From contig JBKPAK010000078.1 in the NCBI GenBank assembly GCA_046726415.1, positions 1-13,368 of the forward strand: a stretch of DNA of 13,368 nt, in the 5' to 3' direction. The stretch's first letter is position 1; each line of letters begins with the position of its first letter. The translations under genes and the position numbers were made by a program. This stretch comes from Candidatus Methylomirabilota bacterium. GTDB lineage: Bacteria; Methylomirabilota; Methylomirabilia; Rokubacteriales; CSP1-6. Shown here piece by piece: positions 7,955 to 13,368 of this stretch. Below the pieces are notes generated by a model, which searched no databases, had not been told where the DNA came from, and was given only the letters and a program-made list of their open reading frames with translations.

Positions 7955-8842
7955 ATGAACGTCTCCATCCGCCAGATCCACCCTGTGTTCGTGGGCGAGG
8001 TATCCGGGATCGACATCGCCGGACCGCTCGCACGCGAGGAGGTGGCGGCCATCGAGGCGGGGATGGATCGCCACGCCGTGCTCGTGTTTCGCGACCAGAA
8101 GATCACCGATGAGCAGCAGATGGCGTTCAGCCGCAACTTCGGCGCCCTGGAGGACGCCCGCGGCGGTACCATCACCAAGCCCGAGGACAAGCGACTCCGA
8201 GTGGGCATGAACGACGTCTCCAATCTCGGCCAGGATGGCCAGCCCCTCGCTCGCGCCTCCCGCCAGCGCGTGTTCAACCTGGGCAACATGCTCTGGCACT
8301 CGGACAGCTCGTTCCGGGTGATCCCCGCCAAGTATTCCCTGCTATCGCCGCGCGTGGTGAATCCGACGGGTGGGAATACCGAGTTCGCGGACATGCGCGC
8401 GGCCTATGATGCCCTCGACGCGGATGTGAAGGCGCAGATCGAGGACTTCGTGTGCGAGCACTCGCTGATGCACTCGCGTGGCTCGCTCGGCATGCTCGAT
8501 TACTCGGAAGAGGAGCGGGCGATGTTCCGGCCGGTTCGCCAGCGGCTCGTGCGGACGCACCCCGTGACCGGCCGCAAGTCGCTGTACCTCTCCTCGCATG
8601 CCGGCGGCATCATCGGCGTGCCGATGCCGGAGGCTCGAATCCTGTTGCGGGACCTTACCGAGCATGCCACCCAGCCGAAGTTCGTCTATGTCCACCGCTG
8701 GCGCCCGTGGGATCTCGTCATGTGGGACAACCGGCAGATGATGCACCGCACGCGCCGCTATGACGAGAGCCAGCCGCGCGATATGCGACGCACCACGGTC
8801 GCGGGAGACGCGCCCACCGCGGCCCAGGTCGAGGCGGCGTAG
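7955..8842 (+). CDS. TauD/TfdA family Fe(II)/2-oxoglutarate dioxygenase (TfdA-like), 295 aa
   Basis: HAVLVFRDQ, facial triad WHSDSSF ... MHR, GGNTEFAD, HPVTGRKSLY, WDNR, RDMRRTT. RBS GAGGAG upstream. Confidence 0.92.
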   Translation: MNVSIRQIHPVFVGEVSGIDIAGPLAREEVAAIEAGMDRHAVLVFRDQKITDEQQMAFSRNFGALEDARGGTITKPEDKRLRVGMNDVSNLGQDGQPLARASRQRVFNLGNMLWHSDSSFRVIPAKYSLLSPRVVNPTGGNTEFADMRAAYDALDADVKAQIEDFVCEHSLMHSRGSLGMLDYSEEERAMFRPVRQRLVRTHPVTGRKSLYLSSHAGGIIGVPMPEARILLRDLTEHATQPKFVYVHRWRPWDLVMWDNRQMMHRTRRYDESQPRDMRRTTVAGDAPTAAQVEAA

Positions 8843-8857
8843 CGTCCGAGCCCGCCA

Positions 8858-9646
8858 ATGATGACCACTGGCCGCCTGGCCGGCCGCGTGGCCATCGTCA
8901 CCGGCGCCGCCCACGGCATTGGTCGCGCCATCGGGGTGGCGCTCGTGGCGGATGGTGCCACCGTCTGGGCCTGCGACGTGCGCGAGCCCGAGCTTGCGGC
9001 GACCGGGCGCGCCTTGGAGGAGGCCGGGGGCGTCGCGGGCAAGACCGCTCGCGTCGACATCGCCGATCCCGGCCAGATTGCCGAGTTCGTCGAGCGCGTC
9101 GCGGCGGCGGATGGAGACGCCGAGATCCTCGTCAACTGCGCGGGCGGAGTGGCCGGCCAGGCGGGCCGCCCCGTCGAGGAGGTGAGCGACGAGGACTGGT
9201 ACGGCATCTTCCGCGTCAACGTCGATGCGACCTTTCGCTTCACGCGGGCCGTCGTCCTCGGCATGAAGCGCCGTGGCCGGGGCGCGATCGTCAATATCTC
9301 ATCGGGCGCTGGCCGCTCGTACAGCCGCACCGGCATCCAGGCCTACGCGAGCGCCAAGGCCGCGGTCATCGGCTTCACGCGCCAGACGGCGCGCGAGCTG
9401 GGGCGCTTCGGCATCCGCGTCAACTCGGTGGCGCCCGGCTTCGTGCTCTCGAATCCGGCCACCGAGCGGCAGTGGGCGGCCATGGGCGATGATGGCCAGC
9501 GCGAGCTGCTCGACTCGATCGCGCTCGGCCGCGTGGGTCAGCCGCAGGAGATCGCGAGCGTGGTGGCATTCCTGGTGTCGGACGGCGCGTCCTACGTCAC
9601 CGGGCAGACCCTCAGCGCCGACGGCGGCCACTGGATGCTGGGGTAG
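8858..9646 (+). CDS. Short-chain dehydrogenase/reductase (classical SDR), 262 aa
   Basis: TGAAHGIG cofactor motif, VNCAG, NISS, catalytic YASAK, GIRVNSVAPG, YVTGQTLSADGG. It lies 15 nt after the dioxygenase stop, so the two are likely co-transcribed. Confidence 0.93.
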   Translation: MMTTGRLAGRVAIVTGAAHGIGRAIGVALVADGATVWACDVREPELAATGRALEEAGGVAGKTARVDIADPGQIAEFVERVAAADGDAEILVNCAGGVAGQAGRPVEEVSDEDWYGIFRVNVDATFRFTRAVVLGMKRRGRGAIVNISSGAGRSYSRTGIQAYASAKAAVIGFTRQTARELGRFGIRVNSVAPGFVLSNPATERQWAAMGDDGQRELLDSIALGRVGQPQEIASVVAFLVSDGASYVTGQTLSADGGHWMLG

Positions 9647-9671
9647 CAGCGTGTCGGAATATCCAGAACCG

Positions 9672-9688
9672 CTCCGGCGTTCCCGGAG
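9672..9688. terminator. Small hairpin between convergent SDR and FAH genes (possible terminator/pause)
   Basis: CTCCGG-CGTTC-CCGGAG inverted repeat. There is no U-tract on either side. Confidence 0.25.
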
Positions 9689-9690
9689 AT

Positions 9691-10473
9691 CTAGCGCTCT
9701 CTCAGCACCGGGTTGCGCAACACGCCGATGCGGGGGATCTCCACCTCGACCACGTCACCATCCTTCATGTTCTCCGTCGCACCGTCGGTGCCCATCCACA
9801 GCACGTCACCCGGGTACAAGGTCAAGTATTGGCTCATGCGGCTGATGAACTGGCGCACGCCGAAGATCGCGTCCTTGACGGCGTAGGAGAACATCTCCTG
9901 GCCATTGAGCCGGATGGTGACCCGGAGATCGTCGGGATCGAGGCCGGTGACGATCCACGGACCCATCGGCTTGAAGGTGTCCGTGTTCTTTCCCCGCCAG
10001 AACGTCCGGTCACCGCGCTGCCAGGTTCGCTCGCTGACGTCATTGCCGATCGTGTAGCCGAAGACGTAGTCGAGCGCCTCGGCCTCCGAGACCCGCTTGC
10101 ACCGCCGGCCGATCACCGCGACTAGTTCCCCTTCGTACTGAACCTGCTCCGTGGCGTCCTTGGGGATGACGATGGGCTCGTCAGTCGCGACCAGCGCATT
10201 GTTGGCGCGGTAGCCGACGTCGGCGTGCGGCGGAAACTCCGGCTTCACGCCCCGGCGGTGGGCCATCTCGGTCACGTGCTCCCGGTAGTTGACGCCGGCG
10301 GCATAGAAGGTGGGGGGAATCACCGGCACGAGCAACTTGACCCGACTCAGCGGGAAGGTCGTCGCGGTCTGCCGATGCTCCTCGAAAGGACTCCCCGTGA
10401 CTTCGGTCACGGTGTTGTCCTCGATGACGCCGTACGCGGCGTTCCGCCCTGATTGAAACCGGCACCATTTCAT
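9691..10473 (-). CDS. Fumarylacetoacetate hydrolase family protein, 260 aa
   Basis: GVNYREH, YEGELVAVIG, GYTIGNDVSERTWQ, GKNTDTFKPMGPWI, TLYPGDVLWMGT, IGVLRNPV. The start overlaps the upstream hydrolase stop (10470-10473). Confidence 0.93.
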   Translation of the reverse strand: MKWCRFQSGRNAAYGVIEDNTVTEVTGSPFEEHRQTATTFPLSRVKLLVPVIPPTFYAAGVNYREHVTEMAHRRGVKPEFPPHADVGYRANNALVATDEPIVIPKDATEQVQYEGELVAVIGRRCKRVSEAEALDYVFGYTIGNDVSERTWQRGDRTFWRGKNTDTFKPMGPWIVTGLDPDDLRVTIRLNGQEMFSYAVKDAIFGVRQFISRMSQYLTLYPGDVLWMGTDGATENMKDGDVVEVEIPRIGVLRNPVLRER

Positions 10474-11252
10474 GGCCGATGCTCCTTGAGAAAACCGCCC
10501 ACTTCGCGGTTGAACACGTGAGGACGCTCGAAGTACGTCGAGTGGCCGGCGGCCTCGACGCGCACGAGGCGTGAGCCCGGGACCTGCTCGTGGACCTTCT
10601 TCGACAGCTCGGGCCAGGTAAGTCCGTCCTCGTCACTGGTCAGGAAGAGCGTCGGTACCCGGGCGGCGGCGTAGCGTTCCACGGGTGTGGTCAGGCGGCC
10701 AAGATGATCGCGGAAGTCGGCGGGCAGCGGCGCGTTCGTGCCGGCGATTTGAGCGTAGAGGAAGGCTCGGACCGGCTGCTCCTTGCGGAAGGTCTCGCCC
10801 AAGGCCGCGTGCCACAGCACGGCCGGCCGGGGTGGACTCGTCGCGCCGAGCTGCCGGCGCAGCTCGGCGATCTCGAGATTGGTGAGGTTGCCGACCGTGT
10901 TTGCCATCACGACCGCCCAGAATCGCTCGGGCACCCGCACGACGGCGCCCACGGCGGCCCAGCCGCCCATCGACTGTGCGACCAGAGCCGCCTTCGCGAT
11001 CCCCAGGTGATCGAGCAACGCGATCGCGTCGGTCGCGAGCGCGGCGGGACCCGGCCCGCCCGCCACGTCCGGGGACTGGCCGAAGGCACGCTGGTCCACC
11101 GTGATGCACCGGTACTCCTCGGCGAACACGGGCACCTGCTGCCACCAGCTCAGATGGTTGCCGCCGGCGCCGTGCAGAAACAGCAGCGTGGGCGCGGTGC
11201 CGCCGGTGTCCTCGTAGTAGAGGCGAAAGCCGCTCTGCTCCATAAAAGGCAT
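10470..11252 (-). CDS. Alpha/beta fold hydrolase, 260 aa
   Basis: LFLHGAGG oxyanion motif, DQRAFGQS, nucleophile elbow AQSMGG, acid in SDEDG, His in AAGHS. Start set at ATG 11252, behind GGGGGA. Confidence 0.9.
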   Translation of the reverse strand: MPFMEQSGFRLYYEDTGGTAPTLLFLHGAGGNHLSWWQQVPVFAEEYRCITVDQRAFGQSPDVAGGPGPAALATDAIALLDHLGIAKAALVAQSMGGWAAVGAVVRVPERFWAVVMANTVGNLTNLEIAELRRQLGATSPPRPAVLWHAALGETFRKEQPVRAFLYAQIAGTNAPLPADFRDHLGRLTTPVERYAAARVPTLFLTSDEDGLTWPELSKKVHEQVPGSRLVRVEAAGHSTYFERPHVFNREVGGFLKEHRP

Positions 11253-11256
11253 CGCG

Positions 11257-11508
11257 CTATCCCCCGACCACGCCGCAGATCGCCGCCTCGATGATCTCGA
11301 GGGGGCGGTCGATCTCGGCGCGGAAAATGTTGACATCGACCTCGCCGCGTCGCCTGCCAACACCATACGCCGAGTCGGGGTCGGCCGGCGAGACCTTGCC
11401 GAGGCCCACGCCGCGCAGCGCGAGCCGGATCGCCGCCCAGGATCGCATCGAATCCGACGGGCGGGCAGCCTCGTGAGGCGGGCCGTACCGTGGGTGTTGA
11501 AGTTCCAT
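11257..11508 (-). pseudogene. Short ORF (83 aa) or C-terminal gene remnant upstream of the hydrolase
   Basis: The last about 60 codons are mostly G/C-ending and stop 4 nt before the hydrolase ATG. The tail NIFRAEIDRPLEIIEAAI resembles by eye the last helix of class III PLP aminotransferases. The 5' boundary is uncertain. Confidence 0.3.
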
Positions 11509-11616
11509 GACCAAGGCTTCGCCCGGGATGTTCCCCAACGCAGGCGTATACTCGGCCCCGCGCCAGGGTGGGCCGGTGCCGTCGATCATGACATCAGGGC
11601 ACGGGAGGGAGCGACC

Positions 11617-12711
11617 ATGAATACGCCACACGCGATCTCCGCGTTGATTCACGATCGACTGGGCCGGACCTTGAGCGATGTATTTGCGGCGAACGGAACG
11701 ACCGGCGACATCTTCAGCATCCGCCTGGAGCCGGGAGACACTCTGTTGGGCCAGCTGGAAGCGACCGACGATGGTCCACCGAGAGTCACCCTCGAGCTGG
11801 TCCTGGACGTCATCGACAGTTCCCTCTCGACGTTGCCGGATGTCCTCGAGCGGGGCGTGCGAGCGCCTGGCGAGTTCCTGCGGAACGCGCGCAACCTTCT
11901 GAGGGACCGGCTGGTCTTTTTCGGCCAGCATACCGACGACATTGCCACCCTGGTGGCCGCCGAGGATCCGGCCAGCATCCGCCGCGCCGGCGACGCGCTG
12001 TTCACGAGAATCGACGCCGCCTTCGGACGGACGGACCGGAGCGACGTATTCCAGAGTATGGGTCAATGGCTGAGGCTACGGCCATTCATCGGAGGTGACA
12101 TCGGCACGGTCCTGCCATTGGCCACCCTCGTCAGCGCGGTACAGGGCCGTCTCGAGAATGCCATTCGCGTACCGCAGAGCATCGAGCTAGGGCTGCTCGA
12201 CTATTTCTTCAAGAGCAGTGGATTCCGGACTGTTGACGGGGCGAGCGTGGTCGCCCCCGTACACCTCTCGCACCTCGGGAACGCGCGGTCAGGCCGGGGT
12301 TCTGAACTGTCGAACGATCCGGCCGGGCTTCGACCGCTCACGGGCTTCATCGCGAAGGCGACCGCTGAGCACTACATACGGGACATCACCCGGGTCATCG
12401 TGGAGAGCGCGTACGATGCGGGACGCGGGCTGCGCGCGCGATTCGACGACATCGCGCCGCGGTTGAGGCGCCGCAAGCCCGATCAGGGGGCGCAGGCCGC
12501 GATCGTGGAGAAGTTCGTGGCGTGGTTCAGAGGCTTTTCGGCCATGGCGGAGTCGGGAACGATGCGGGCCGTCGAGGTGGCGACGCAGGGAGTGTCGCAA
12601 TTTCAGACCAACCCCCTGATCGCCGCCGCGTCGGGCTCTTTCGCGGGCACCGTGGCTCGCAAACTCGCGCAGGATTCCTTCCTGGCCGTGTTGCGCTCCG
12701 AGCTGGACTAG
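11617..12711 (+). CDS. Hypothetical protein, 364 aa, no family recognised
   Basis: Strong RBS (GGGAGGGAG) before ATG 11617, long open frame with natural amphipathic-helix-like composition, TAG at 12709-12711. Confidence 0.7.
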   Translation: MNTPHAISALIHDRLGRTLSDVFAANGTTGDIFSIRLEPGDTLLGQLEATDDGPPRVTLELVLDVIDSSLSTLPDVLERGVRAPGEFLRNARNLLRDRLVFFGQHTDDIATLVAAEDPASIRRAGDALFTRIDAAFGRTDRSDVFQSMGQWLRLRPFIGGDIGTVLPLATLVSAVQGRLENAIRVPQSIELGLLDYFFKSSGFRTVDGASVVAPVHLSHLGNARSGRGSELSNDPAGLRPLTGFIAKATAEHYIRDITRVIVESAYDAGRGLRARFDDIAPRLRRRKPDQGAQAAIVEKFVAWFRGFSAMAESGTMRAVEVATQGVSQFQTNPLIAAASGSFAGTVARKLAQDSFLAVLRSELD

Positions 12712-12717
12712 CCGAGG

Positions 12718-12937
12718 ATCTGCGGTGCGCGCCCACTGCGGGTTCTTCCTATCCGGCGAGAACCCCAGCTGCGGGTTCTTCCGCATCCTGCGAGAGCCCA
12801 ACCCGCAGGTTCGTCGATATCCTGCGAGAGCCCAACCCGCAGGTTCGTCGATACCCTGCGGGAGCCCAACCCGCAGGTTCGTCGATATCCTGCGAGAGCC
12901 CAACCCGCAGGTTCGTTCCTCCGAGGGCCCAACCGGC
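12718..12937. repeat. Tandem array of a 34-bp hairpin-forming unit (4 near-identical and about 3 degenerate copies)
   Basis: Unit ATCCTGCGAGAGCCCAACCCGCAGGTTCGTCGAT starts at 12785, 12819, 12853 (2 substitutions) and 12887 (truncated at 12916). Degenerate copies start at 12718, 12751 and 12917. Internal inverted repeat CCTGCG...CGCAGG. Confidence 0.93.
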
Positions 12938-13243
12938 GCCCCGGCACCGTTTCGCAACGAAACGCGCGTTCCCTTCCGAAACGGGCGCGTGGTGGAGGGC
13001 CCGCAACCATGCGGAAACGCACGGTCTGGGCTGGCACCGAAGTTGAGTGCGCATTGGCTGCCGTTCAACACGCGCGCCGCGCGCCACAGAAAGGATTCGA
13101 GCGAGCGGCGAGCTCAGGGAACCTCGGTTCGCTGCAGCGCGTCACGAATGGACCCGCAATCGCGCCGGGCGCGAGAGATCACTTGCCTATCGGGGCGTGA
13201 TCGCGGGATATTTCCAGCACCGTAACTCGTCGGAGGAACCGCT

Positions 13244-13368
13244 ATGGCACGCTTGACGATCAACGGCAGATCTCTCGAGGTCGACGTCAATCCCGCGACA
13301 CCCCTACTGTGGGCGATCCGAGAACAGGTCGGCCTCACCGGCACCAAGTACGGCTGCGGCATCGCGCA
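13244..13368 (+). CDS. (2Fe-2S)-binding small subunit of a xanthine-oxidase-family molybdoenzyme (CoxS/IorA-like), truncated by window end
   Basis: Not in the ORF track. It translates as MARLTINGRSLEVDVNPATPLLWAIREQVGLTGTKYGCGIA, with the TPLLW and GLTGTKYGCG motifs. RBS GGAGGA at 13232-13237. Confidence 0.92.
   Translation, partial: MARLTINGRSLEVDVNPATPLLWAIREQVGLTGTKYGCGIA

Noticed and set aside
7713-8033. Long N-terminal extension of the DUF1800 ORF (likewise for the M20, CoA-transferase and hydrolase ORFs)
   Set aside because: These extensions are low-complexity R/P/G/S-rich sequence, some overlap other genes, and downstream ATGs fit RBS, signal peptide or family N-termini better.
12718-12937. 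CRISPR array interpretation of the 34-bp repeats
   Set aside because: Units are head-to-tail with no unique spacers, and no cas gene is recognisable in the window.
12718-12964. Type III toxin-antitoxin (ToxI/AbiQ-like) RNA array
   Set aside because: Unit length is similar, but those arrays are typically A-rich and lie directly upstream of a ToxN-like toxin gene. Here the unit is GC-rich and the next gene is a 2Fe-2S subunit.
12289-13225. ORFs running through the repeat array (12289..13071, 12522..13046, 12708..13037, 12725..13225)
   Set aside because: They are open only because the GC-rich unit lacks stops. The 34-bp period cycles the reading frame, and no RBS or protein motif supports them.

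Overview
High-GC bacterial genomic DNA carrying mostly catabolic/accessory enzyme genes: a cyclase (kynurenine formamidase-like metal hydrolase), a GrdB/PrdB-like protein, a class III (CaiB/BaiF) CoA-transferase, an M20/ArgE-DapE hydrolase, a DUF1800-DUF1501 pair (minus strand), a TfdA/TauD dioxygenase, an SDR, an FAH-family protein and an alpha/beta hydrolase (both minus strand), an orphan ORF, and the 5' start of a CoxS/IorA-type 2Fe-2S subunit. The main finding is that the ORF-track entries 1108..1731 and 1735..2118 appear to be one gene (1213..2118). It has an in-frame TGA at 1729-1731 in a U-P-V-C (UxxC) motif, followed by a bacterial-SECIS-like hairpin. It is therefore very likely a selenoprotein of the glycine/sarcosine/betaine/D-proline reductase B family. 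It overlaps (ATGA) a CoA-transferase gene, and no GrdA/GrdE/PrdA partner is visible in this window. Two non-coding structures also stand out: a spacer-less 34-bp hairpin tandem array (about 12718-12937) and three palindromic boxes at exact 29-bp spacing (3305-3375). All family assignments come from motif recognition by eye; no database search was run.
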